Below are positions 26,507 through 35,048 of a DNA stretch of 54,037 bases, in pieces. A program made the position numbers and the translations under genes. Source of the stretch: an uncultured Candidatus Saccharibacteria bacterium (GTDB lineage Bacteria > Patescibacteriota > Minisyncoccia > Phycocordibacterales > PALSA-1337). Under the pieces are notes generated by a model. It was not told the origin of the DNA, ran no database searches, and saw nothing but the letters and a program-made list of their open reading frames with translations. Within the stretch, counting starts at the first letter, position 1, and each line of letters starts with the position of its first letter. The DNA lies in the NCBI GenBank assembly GCA_964576745.1, contig CAZNUY010000003.1:1-54037 (forward strand). Reading direction: 5' to 3'.

Positions 26507-29500
26507 ATGATCTATCGCATGTATCGCCAGATGGACAGCGGCCTAGAACTTGGTTTCTACGTCGAAACCACTGGCCAGCTGTCCGAGCCGGAGCTTCAAC
26601 AGCTCCAATGGCTCATCGCAGAAACGTTCGAGCCGGCAAAGACCGGACTTGAACCCAGCCTCACAGCAGACGTTGTCGAGATTGGACCCAGGCTCTCGAT
26701 CGAGACTCCGTTCTCATCGAATGCCGTCTCTATCTGCCAGGCCATGGGGCTCGGCAGAATCACGCGCATCGAGCGCACGCATCGCTACGCCGGCAACGGC
26801 AGCTCGGACCACATTCTCAAGACTCGTCTTGATCGGATGACCGAGCAGCACTACCCCAGCGGGATCGAGACCTTTGACACCGGCGTCTCGCCGGATGATG
26901 TCCGAGTGATCGATCTCATTGGCCGCGGAAAGGCAGCTCTCGAGGAGATGAACAGCGCACTTGGCCTCGGCATGGATGCCAGAGACCTCGAGTACTATCA
27001 GCATCTCTTTGCGGAAGTCCTGAAAAGGAATCCGACCGACGTCGAACTATTCCAGCTGGGCAATGCCAACAGCGAGCACAGCCGGCACTGGTACTTCAAA
27101 GGTCAGATCGTCATCGACGGAACGCCGATGCAGGAGACTCTGTTCGAGATCGTTCAGCGACCGCTGAAAAATCTCGGCAGCGAAAACTGCAGCCTCGTTG
27201 CCTTCAGGGACAACGCCGGTGTGATCCAGGGATTTGGCACGCGTCTTATCCTTCCGGTCACGCCGGGCAAGCCTTCGGAAATGCGGCTCATGGAAAAGGT
27301 GATTCACATCACCTGCACCGCTGAGACGCACAACCATCCCACGTTCGTCGCACCGTTCCCCGGAGCTCAGACAGGAGCCGGCGGTCGGATACGCGACAAC
27401 AGCGCAGTCGGACGCGGCGGTATCGTCGGCATCGGTGTCGCCGGTTACTTTGTCGGAAACCTTTTCATTCCGGGTCACGAGATTCCTGGAGAGGCTATCG
27501 GCAAGGATAAGCCGTCGAAGTACGCTTCGCCGCTTTCGATCTTGATCGAGGGCAGCAACGGCGTGTCGAGCTACGGCAACCAGTTCGGCGAGCCTCTCAC
27601 ACTCGGCTTCACCAGAACCTACGGTCAGATGATCGGCAAAGAATGGCGCGAGCCACGCAAGCCGATTCTCTACAGCGGTGGCGTCGGGCATCTGTTCGAC
27701 GGGCATACTGCGAAGGAGACATCTGAAGTTGGAATGCTCATCGTGCGCATCGGCGGTCCTGCCTATCCCATCGGGGTCGGCGGCGGCTCAGCCTCAAGCA
27801 TGATGCAGGGCCAGAACACCGAGACGCTTGATTTCAACTCCGTTCAACGCGGTAACGCAGAGATGGAGAATCGTGCGAACCGAGTCATTCGGGCCTGTGT
27901 TGAGATGGGAGACAGCAATCCCATTTCGAGCATTCACGATCAAGGCGCTGGTGGTCCGAGTAATGTCCTTACGGAGTTGCTTGAGCCACTTGGTGGCAAG
28001 ATCAGCATTCGCGGTATCGTACTTGGTGACAAGACGATGTCCGTCCTCAAAATCTGGAGCGCCGAATTCCAAGAAGGATACGGACTCCTGATCAGGCCGG
28101 AGCAGATCGAGCTTTTCAAGTCGATCTGCAAGCGCGAGCGCGTCAACTGCGAAGTCCTCGGAGAAATCGACGGAAGCGGAAACGTTGTCGTTGAAGACTC
28201 CCTCAACGGGACAACGCCCGTAAGTCTCAACCTGGAGCAGATTCTCACGAACATGCCCCAGAAGACGTTCGAGTCAAATCGGCGGACCGAAGGCCTCAAG
28301 CCTCTGGACCTGCCGGACGTCACAGTCGCCGAAGCGCTTGAAAAAGTGTTCAGGCTTCCCAGCGTCGGCTCGAAAGGGTTCCTCGTTCACAAGGTGGACC
28401 GAAGCGTCACTGGGCTTGTATCGCAGCAGCAATGCTGCGGGATCGCCCAGATTCCAATCGCCAATGTAAGCGTGAATGCTCAGAGCCATTTCGGTTTGAG
28501 CGGAAGCGCCTCTGCAGTCGGCGAACAGCCAGTGAAGATGTTGATCGATCCGAAAGCTGGAGCTCGAATGGCGGTGGCAGAAATGTTCACCAACATGGCC
28601 TCGGCGCGGATCAGCGGTATCGGAGACATTCGATGCCGTGCAAACTGGATGTGGCCTGCGAAGTTACCACACGAAGGTGCCTTACTCTATGACGCTGCGG
28701 TTGCTATGTCTGACCTCATGGTTGGGCTCGGCATCGCAGTCGATGGCGGAAAGGACAGCCTTTCGATGGCTGCGACGATTTCGGGAGAGCTCGTAAAGGC
28801 TCCCGGAAGTTTGGTGATTCTCGGATACGCACCCGTGTCTGACATTACCAAGAAGGTCACGCCGGACATCAAAAAGCCCGGCGCTAGCAGTCTCGCATTG
28901 ATCGATCTTGGTCAGGGCAAAAATCGCCTCGGCGGTTCAGCTCTGGCTCAGGCATTCAACCAGCTCGGCGATAAGTCGCCTGACGTTGAAAATCCCAAGC
29001 TCCTCAAGAACGCGTTTCTTGCGGTGCAGCAGATGATCGGCGAAGGGTTGATTCTGTCTCTGCATGATCGAAGCGACGGCGGCCTCATAACCGCAGTAGC
29101 TGAGATGTGCATGGCGAGCCGGTGCGGATTCAATGTGAGCATCCCTCACGCTGCAGAAGCTCTGGCCGTCCTCTTTGGCGAGGAACCCGGGTTCGTTATT
29201 GAACTCGAGACTGTAAACGAAAAGCGGATTGTTGAAATCTGCGAATCGTTCGAAGTGCCGATCTCCACGATCGGTATCACCCTCGACAGCACATCATGCG
29301 TCGTCGATGCAAAAGATGCCGGAGAACTGTTCAGAAGTACTGTGATGGAACTCCGGAGCTGGTGGGAAGCCACAAGCGCCAAGATCGAAGAGCTGCAGAT
29401 GAACTCTGCGTGTGCCGAAGAAGAATACTCTGGTCACGAGGACCAGCTTCCCGGCATCGGTACGGCTCCGTCGTATCAGCTCTCATTCGCTCCAGTGGAA

Positions 29501-30331
29501 ACGCTTCCGGAAGTTTTGGAAGCGTCGGACAAGCCTTGCGTGGCAGTTTTACGCGAGGAAGGCACCAACGGCGACCGAGAAATGCTGGCTGCCTGTGCAG
29601 CTGCCGGTTTTGCTCCATGGGAAGTCACGATGAGTGATCTCCTTGAAGGCAGGATCGATCTGGATCAGTTCCAGGGCATCATCTTTGCCGGAGGGTTCTC
29701 CTACATGGACGTGTTCGACAGTGCAAAAGGCTGGGCAGGAACAATTCTTTTCAACGAGAAGTTGAGGGAGATGTTCAACCGTTTCTACGCCCGCGAGGAT
29801 ACGTTCTCGCTCGGCGTGTGCAACGGCTGTCAGCTGATGGCGCTGCTCGGATGGGTTCCCTGGAAAGGAATCGCCGGTGAAAAGCAGCCGAGATTCGTTC
29901 ACAACACTTCTGGCCGGTTTGAGTCTCGATGGGTGCAGGTGGAAGTTCTACCTAGCCCGTCGGTGCTTCTTGCCGGCATGGAAGGATCGAGGATCGGCGT
30001 GTGGGTCGCTCATGGTGAAGGTCTGCTGGTCTACCCAGATCAGTCGATCGCGCAGGAAGTTGCAGAGCGCAAGCTCTCTCCTCTCGCATACCTTGATCCG
30101 CACGGCAATCGGACGGAAGCATATCCGTACAATCCGAACGGCTCGCCGCTGGGGATTACGGCTCTGTGCTCTCCGGACGGGCGCCATCTTGCGATGATGC
30201 CTCATCCAGAACGTTGTTTCCGTTTGTGGCAATGGCCTTGGAAGCCAAACTCATGGAAAAGCCTCGAGGCTTCCCCATGGCTCCGAATGTTTCAGAACGC
30301 CAGACAATGGTGCATGGAACACCGGGCCTAG
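26507..30331 (+). CDS. purL: single-chain (large) phosphoribosylformylglycinamidine synthase
   Basis: 1274-aa ORF; TAETHNHPT and DNSAVGRGG synthetase motifs; C-terminal glutaminase GVCNGCQLM and MPHPER. Confidence 0.93.
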   Translation: MIYRMYRQMDSGLELGFYVETTGQLSEPELQQLQWLIAETFEPAKTGLEPSLTADVVEIGPRLSIETPFSSNAVSICQAMGLGRITRIERTHRYAGNGSSDHILKTRLDRMTEQHYPSGIETFDTGVSPDDVRVIDLIGRGKAALEEMNSALGLGMDARDLEYYQHLFAEVLKRNPTDVELFQLGNANSEHSRHWYFKGQIVIDGTPMQETLFEIVQRPLKNLGSENCSLVAFRDNAGVIQGFGTRLILPVTPGKPSEMRLMEKVIHITCTAETHNHPTFVAPFPGAQTGAGGRIRDNSAVGRGGIVGIGVAGYFVGNLFIPGHEIPGEAIGKDKPSKYASPLSILIEGSNGVSSYGNQFGEPLTLGFTRTYGQMIGKEWREPRKPILYSGGVGHLFDGHTAKETSEVGMLIVRIGGPAYPIGVGGGSASSMMQGQNTETLDFNSVQRGNAEMENRANRVIRACVEMGDSNPISSIHDQGAGGPSNVLTELLEPLGGKISIRGIVLGDKTMSVLKIWSAEFQEGYGLLIRPEQIELFKSICKRERVNCEVLGEIDGSGNVVVEDSLNGTTPVSLNLEQILTNMPQKTFESNRRTEGLKPLDLPDVTVAEALEKVFRLPSVGSKGFLVHKVDRSVTGLVSQQQCCGIAQIPIANVSVNAQSHFGLSGSASAVGEQPVKMLIDPKAGARMAVAEMFTNMASARISGIGDIRCRANWMWPAKLPHEGALLYDAAVAMSDLMVGLGIAVDGGKDSLSMAATISGELVKAPGSLVILGYAPVSDITKKVTPDIKKPGASSLALIDLGQGKNRLGGSALAQAFNQLGDKSPDVENPKLLKNAFLAVQQMIGEGLILSLHDRSDGGLITAVAEMCMASRCGFNVSIPHAAEALAVLFGEEPGFVIELETVNEKRIVEICESFEVPISTIGITLDSTSCVVDAKDAGELFRSTVMELRSWWEATSAKIEELQMNSACAEEEYSGHEDQLPGIGTAPSYQLSFAPVETLPEVLEASDKPCVAVLREEGTNGDREMLAACAAAGFAPWEVTMSDLLEGRIDLDQFQGIIFAGGFSYMDVFDSAKGWAGTILFNEKLREMFNRFYAREDTFSLGVCNGCQLMALLGWVPWKGIAGEKQPRFVHNTSGRFESRWVQVEVLPSPSVLLAGMEGSRIGVWVAHGEGLLVYPDQSIAQEVAERKLSPLAYLDPHGNRTEAYPYNPNGSPLGITALCSPDGRHLAMMPHPERCFRLWQWPWKPNSWKSLEASPWLRMFQNARQWCMEHRA

Positions 30332-30354
30332 GGATATGTTCCAAAGCCAATCCT

Positions 30355-30392
30355 GACCCCTTGCGTAGCAATGCGCGAGGGGTCTTTTATTT
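30355..30392 (+). terminator. intrinsic terminator after purL
   Basis: gaccccttgcg / cgcgaggggtc form an 11-bp stem (one G-U pair) followed by ttttattt. Confidence 0.65.
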
Positions 30393-30416
30393 AGATTCAA
30401 TTATATTAAAGCGACA

Positions 30417-30430
30417 TTCACAACATTCAC
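30417..30430 (+). repeat. two TTCAC iterons, 9-bp spacing
   Basis: TTCAC at 30417 and 30426. Confidence 0.6.
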
Positions 30431-30559
30431 AGTACATGGGGAAATTTAGGGAAAAAAGTGCCAAAAAGGAGCTCTTTTTCGCTCTATTTGGCCTAGGAGT
30501 GCACCTATTTTCACCTTTTTGCACTAGCGATTTGGAAAATTGCTGATGTTGCTATAACA

Positions 30560-30582
30560 TTCACAATATTCACGATGTTCAC
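30560..30582 (+). repeat. three TTCAC iterons, 9-bp spacing
   Basis: TTCAC at 30560, 30569 and 30578 (acattcaca atattcacg atgttcacg). Confidence 0.7.
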
Positions 30583-31813
30583 GTCCGAGGCTCGGCAGAC
30601 TGCCTCTATGAAGATGAAAATGACCATGTTAATGACATATTTACCTGAATGGAAAATCTATCTATGGAGAAAACTTTTATTGGAAGAAGAGAGTAATTTT
30701 AATGATCCTATCCTGCTCACTAGGTTCGTATTCTTTACTGAAATAGAACAACGACAAGAAACACGTAAGCGTCTGCTGCACTCCATTGATAGCCTGAACA
30801 ATGCCAAAAACGCTGCTCTAGTAACTAGATCACCAATGCTGATTGCTGATGGCAATCACACATCTCATACCGACGCTTACTATTCCTCTTATCCAAAGAA
30901 AGTAGGCTTGGCTCTTATCGAATTAGCAGAAAGTGATCCTGTTGCAATAAAGATTGAGAAAATAAATCTAAAGAAGGGTGATAAAAACAAAGATGTTACC
31001 GTTTCTGAACTGAAAGAGTTTCTTACTCCCTCATCAGATGTAATTTCTTTTGAGTACCTACAACTCAAAATAAAACTTGATAAAAAGGCTCTTGAGAAAA
31101 GACTAGGCACCTATCTGGATGCCTTCAGGGAAGGTGCTCTCCTTGCTGGACCAGACATTCGTTATTACTTCTTTGAAAAGCAGAAAGAAGATATTACTCG
31201 GTCCCTTCAGAATATGGCTAAAAAGTATGGAAATAAGAACATCACATTCACTTTAGATGAATTGGCCAAGAAAGGTGGATGGTATCAAAGAGACGAAAGA
31301 AACTACCGTCCTTTTGAAACCCTTTTTACACTGGAAAAACTGGGAGAGCTTGAGATTCATGACCTAAGAAAACATGAGATCATTCTTTCATTGAAGAAAT
31401 ACCTTTCGGCCGAGACTAAACAGTCTGCAGCTGGACCATCTATTCAAAAATCAGCTATTGAATCCATAAAATCAATTACTTTCATCTCTGAAAATAAGAA
31501 AGCAGATAAGGTGTCTTCTTTCTATATCAATCACCACATTCACGATGTTCACAAAATGCAGCGTTTGAGTGGTGAGGTCCGCAAATTAGCCAGGGTTGCA
31601 GCTGGTGAAGAAGTACCTTTTGAGAAGCAGACCCATGACTATATAAACACAAACAAGAATTGCGTACTCTATCGCAATGGCAAATATAAGCTGACCAAGA
31701 TCATTGACGGTCACAGCAGACCTCTCAAAATCAGTCGTGGCATCGAAGTAGAAATTATTGATGACAAGGTATTTAAGCGAAGACTAGCTGCAGCCGATAA
31801 AAACTCTGCTTAA
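30575..31813 (+). CDS. hypothetical island protein; start uncertain (the annotated ATG lies inside the iteron array; a later Met run MKMKMTM is possible)
   Basis: 412-aa ORF with AT-rich, host-like composition and no recognised motif; contains an internal iteron cluster at 31530-31552. Confidence 0.5.
   Translation: MFTSEARQTASMKMKMTMLMTYLPEWKIYLWRKLLLEEESNFNDPILLTRFVFFTEIEQRQETRKRLLHSIDSLNNAKNAALVTRSPMLIADGNHTSHTDAYYSSYPKKVGLALIELAESDPVAIKIEKINLKKGDKNKDVTVSELKEFLTPSSDVISFEYLQLKIKLDKKALEKRLGTYLDAFREGALLAGPDIRYYFFEKQKEDITRSLQNMAKKYGNKNITFTLDELAKKGGWYQRDERNYRPFETLFTLEKLGELEIHDLRKHEIILSLKKYLSAETKQSAAGPSIQKSAIESIKSITFISENKKADKVSSFYINHHIHDVHKMQRLSGEVRKLARVAAGEEVPFEKQTHDYINTNKNCVLYRNGKYKLTKIIDGHSRPLKISRGIEVEIIDDKVFKRRLAAADKNSA
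31530..31552 (+). repeat. three (A/T)TCAC iterons, 9-bp spacing, inside a CDS
   Basis: ATCAC at 31530, TTCAC at 31539 and 31548. Confidence 0.5.
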
Positions 31814-31874
31814 AGCAAGCTTAATCTTGCCGAAAGCCTGAAATCCCTTACAGCAGGGGCTTTTTTGTTATTGC

Positions 31875-31902
31875 TTTAAGAGCTATTTAAGCGTGCTTTA
31901 AG
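31875..31902 (+). promoter_or_regulatory. three TTTAAG direct repeats at 11-bp phasing, candidate operator upstream of 31964
   Basis: TTTAAG at 31875, 31886 and 31897. Confidence 0.35.
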
Positions 31903-31963
31903 TTTATCTCCGGACCTACGATGTAAGCAGATTTTTGCGAAATCTTTTATCAAAAATAATTAA

Positions 31964-32248
31964 ATGCTTATGAGAAAACATGTAACCAAGGTCCCGTTAG
32001 ATGACAATGAAAAATATCTGTCGAATGACATTGATGTAGCAGTAACGCTGCTATGCAAAGGCTATACCCTCGAAGATATTAAACTTCTTACCAATAAAAA
32101 GGCTACTTTCGTATTCAAAGATCATCCAGCTATTAAGGCTGCAGTTGATGGCTTTTGGAGTAACCGGATAGAAGTCCATCCTCTTGAGTTTGCGAATATT
32201 CGCAAGAACTTAAAATCACGCATTTACGCAATGCAGAAAGATTACTAA
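31964..32248 (+). CDS. DUF5659-like small protein
   Basis: 94-aa ORF. The pattern LLCKGYTL..I......ATFVF.D...I..AV..FW........P.EF.N..K.LKSRIY recalls DUF5659 (from memory). Confidence 0.5.
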   Translation: MLMRKHVTKVPLDDNEKYLSNDIDVAVTLLCKGYTLEDIKLLTNKKATFVFKDHPAIKAAVDGFWSNRIEVHPLEFANIRKNLKSRIYAMQKDY

Positions 32249-32263
32249 ACCAAATAAACAAAA

Positions 32264-33634
32264 ATGTATATGAATAATTACGAAGAACGAAAAGATAGAC
32301 CTATCTTTAAAACTACACTTTTGACTGGTGATGCTCTCTACGAAATGGTATACAGTCCGGTCCAGAAGAAAAGCTCCTATATCAAAACGGACCGACTTGG
32401 ACATACGGAAAACCTGGAGGAAGTAGAACTTGATGGTTATAAATACAGACCCTTGCCGCCAACCTATACCCTTGTAGACAAAAAGATTATTCACTTCCCA
32501 TCAATGGCAGCTTCTTACGAAAGCGAGGAAGAGATCTTAAATGAAATCAGAATCTTCATTCATAAGTACTTGGATATTTCTGAAATCTTTGAGCAGATCG
32601 CTAGTTATTACGTGCTCTTTACCTGGCTATTTGATCGCTTTAATGAGGTCCCATATCTCCGAGCCATTGGTGACTTTGGAAGTGGCAAATCACGCTTTAT
32701 CCAAGCAATAGGCATGCTTTGCTATAAACCGATAATGACTTCAGGCGCTACTGGCAGCGCTCCAATTTTCAGAATCCTAAGCCAGATACAAGGCACTCTA
32801 GTCATGGATGAAGCAGATTTCAAGTTTTCGGATATGACTTCTGAAATGATTAAAATCTTGAACTCTGGGTATCAGAAAGGAACTGCTGTTATGCGATGTA
32901 ATCCAAAAACTTTTGATCCAGAAGCATTTGATGTGTATGGTCCTAAGATTATTGCTACTCGTGAGACGTTTTCTGATAAGGCTCTTGAGAGTAGATTCTT
33001 GGTTGAGGAAATGGGTGCAGGAAAATTAAGGACCGACATTCCGAGAACACTAGATGAGACGTTCTATTCTGAAGCTGAAGCAATTAGAAATAAGCTACTC
33101 ATGTGGAGACTGAAGAATTATTTTGCTCCAATCGAAAGACGAACAGAAATTATCGAGGGTATTCATCCTCGACTAAATCAGATCGTGATTCCTCTCATGT
33201 CCATCATCAAGAATGACACCATTCGAGAGCACCTAAAGACATTCATCATTAAATACAACAGTGAGTTAATAGCTGATCGAGGTCTTACGTGGGAAAGTGA
33301 TATTGTTTTTGCAATTCTCAAGATTGAGCACGAAACAGGAGCTAGTGAGGTTACAGTCAAAAAAATAACCGAGGAAGTGAATAAAGAAAGTGACATCACT
33401 GACGACACTCTCCAAGCCAGGAAAGTGGGCTGGTATCTTCGCTCCAAATTACAACTAAAGTCATACAGAGGCAGACACGGTTTTACTCTTTCTTTTAAGG
33501 TAAATCGTAAGCGATTGGATATGTGGAAGGAACGCTTCGGTATTACCGATGCAGATATTCGAGGTGAACAAGTGAATGTCGTGAACGATGTGAACGTGCA
33601 GGAAGAGATTAAGCCAGAAGAAATAGCATTTTAA
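32264..33634 (+). CDS. P-loop NTPase (possible replication/mobilisation helicase-type ATPase of the island)
   Basis: 456-aa ORF; Walker A GDFGSGKS and Walker B LVMDEADF; the C-terminus is encoded by inverted iterons. Confidence 0.6.
   Translation: MYMNNYEERKDRPIFKTTLLTGDALYEMVYSPVQKKSSYIKTDRLGHTENLEEVELDGYKYRPLPPTYTLVDKKIIHFPSMAASYESEEEILNEIRIFIHKYLDISEIFEQIASYYVLFTWLFDRFNEVPYLRAIGDFGSGKSRFIQAIGMLCYKPIMTSGATGSAPIFRILSQIQGTLVMDEADFKFSDMTSEMIKILNSGYQKGTAVMRCNPKTFDPEAFDVYGPKIIATRETFSDKALESRFLVEEMGAGKLRTDIPRTLDETFYSEAEAIRNKLLMWRLKNYFAPIERRTEIIEGIHPRLNQIVIPLMSIIKNDTIREHLKTFIIKYNSELIADRGLTWESDIVFAILKIEHETGASEVTVKKITEEVNKESDITDDTLQARKVGWYLRSKLQLKSYRGRHGFTLSFKVNRKRLDMWKERFGITDADIRGEQVNVVNDVNVQEEIKPEEIAF
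33564..33594 (-). repeat. four TTCAC iterons in inverted orientation (GTGAA on the plus strand), spacing 8, 9 and 9 bp
   Basis: GTGAA at 33564, 33572, 33581 and 33590. Confidence 0.6.
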
Positions 33635-33652
33635 AAACCTAACTTAAATTTT

Positions 33653-34177
33653 ATGGAAAACAATCAAAATAAAGGTGGTCCAAAAACTCCTGAAGGAAAA
33701 GCTGTATCAAAACTTAACGCTCTCAAACATGGAATTTTGAGCCAGGAAGTGATGGTTGAGGGAGAAGATGAGAATACTCTCAAAAGTCTTAGTGAAGCTC
33801 TTATAGACGAACTGAAGCCTGGAGGACCGATTGAAGAGATGTTGGTGGACCGAATTATCTCTAGCCTATGGCGACTACGCCGATCCGTATCGGCCGAGAG
33901 GAACGCAATGGAATATATCAAAAATGAAGGTTTTCTTCTGGCTGGAATTGATGGTGTTTTTGATCCAAAACAAGACGCTCGTATCAAAGCCAAGAATATG
34001 CTTACCCATGAAGGGATTGAGACAATCTTACGCTACGAGACAACTATTGAAAGAAGTCTCTTAAAAGCGCTGCATGAACTAGAAAGAATCCAGGCTAAGA
34101 GAAGTGGTAAAGACGTTCCTCTGCCATCTGTGCTGGATGTGAATATTGATAGTTCGTTTGGCAAAAACGACCTGTAA
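33653..34177 (+). CDS. hypothetical protein (N-terminal GGPKTPEGKAVSKLNALKHGILS motif)
   Basis: 174-aa ORF in the co-oriented island gene string. Confidence 0.5.
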   Translation: MENNQNKGGPKTPEGKAVSKLNALKHGILSQEVMVEGEDENTLKSLSEALIDELKPGGPIEEMLVDRIISSLWRLRRSVSAERNAMEYIKNEGFLLAGIDGVFDPKQDARIKAKNMLTHEGIETILRYETTIERSLLKALHELERIQAKRSGKDVPLPSVLDVNIDSSFGKNDL

Positions 34178-34222
34178 ATATGGAGAATCCTTAATGATTT
34201 CGGCAGAAATATTGAAATTGAT

Positions 34223-34798
34223 ATGAGAAAGAACGAAGCTGACAACTACAAGAAAATACAGATATGGTGGCTTTTACGAGATATAAAGACAGGTCACAAA
34301 AATACCACTCTTACCTGGGGTGAGAATGGGTCCGATGGGAGTATAAATGTTGGTGTAATGCTGGTGGGTCCTGATAAATATGCTCGATTGACGTATAGCC
34401 AGACAGACAGGACCGGAAAGAATACAGACTTTGATTATAAGGTCCCAATTATTGAAACTCCCTGTAACTTTGGTAGCACTCGTTATTGGTTTAAGTGTCC
34501 ACTTATGAAAGATGGCCAACTATGTGGCCGACGTGTGGGCGTGCTCTATAAAGTCGATGATTATTTTGGCTGCCGGCATTGCTACAACCTCACTTACAGA
34601 TCACAAAATATAAATCGCAGGGATAAACTCTTCCCAATATTTAAAGCCTTTGAGATAGGAAAGAAAATGGAAAAACTCGGTGAGGCTAAGCGCTACACCT
34701 ACAAAGGAAAACTCACAAAGAAATTTAAGAAGCTGCAACAACTAGAAGAACAATCACTTGCAAACATCCAGAGCATTGCAGCGATGGAAAGACGCTAA
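34223..34798 (+). CDS. hypothetical Cys-rich (zinc-ribbon-like) protein
   Basis: 191-aa ORF; CNFGSTRYWFKCP...CGRRVGVLY...CRHCYNLTY. Confidence 0.5.
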   Translation: MRKNEADNYKKIQIWWLLRDIKTGHKNTTLTWGENGSDGSINVGVMLVGPDKYARLTYSQTDRTGKNTDFDYKVPIIETPCNFGSTRYWFKCPLMKDGQLCGRRVGVLYKVDDYFGCRHCYNLTYRSQNINRRDKLFPIFKAFEIGKKMEKLGEAKRYTYKGKLTKKFKKLQQLEEQSLANIQSIAAMERR

Positions 34799-34802
34799 CA
34801 CT

Positions 34803-35045
34803 ATGGAAAATAATTTATCAAATAATTCCAATACTGATCCTAAAACACCAACTCTTTCAAAAGTTGATTCAGAAACTGTGGATAAAAGTTCTGAAAAGCG
34901 TGCAAAGGGGTATATTCTTTCTGACGAAACTTTCAGAGCTTTGACGGATTTAGGCGATATTTTGAGAAGTATCCATCAGGACATGATTGATGAGGGGTAC
35001 GAGTTCGTTGATGGGACAATCCAGAAGAAAATTGATAAAATTTAA
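34803..35045 (+). CDS. hypothetical small protein immediately upstream of the recombinase
   Basis: Internal ATG (MENNLSNN...) of ORF 34758..35045, chosen to avoid overlap with the preceding gene. Confidence 0.4.
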   Translation: MENNLSNNSNTDPKTPTLSKVDSETVDKSSEKRAKGYILSDETFRALTDLGDILRSIHQDMIDEGYEFVDGTIQKKIDKI

Positions 35046-35048
35046 GTA

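Noticed and set aside
22943-30331. Dozens of long ORFs antisense to or overlapping purM, purD, purN and purL (for example 23021-23683, 24157-24678, 25962-26375, 27047-27706, 29549-29902)
   Set aside because: G+C-rich DNA is poor in stop codons. All of these overlap strongly supported pur genes and show Arg/Ala/Ser/Pro-rich, low-complexity translations.
22935-30392. The pur block as a simple chimeric misassembly of a high-GC organism
   Set aside because: This cannot be excluded without reads. It is disfavoured because the intergenic promoters and terminators inside the block are AT-rich like the host, and both borders lie in continuous island sequence. The block is reported as a finding with this caveat.
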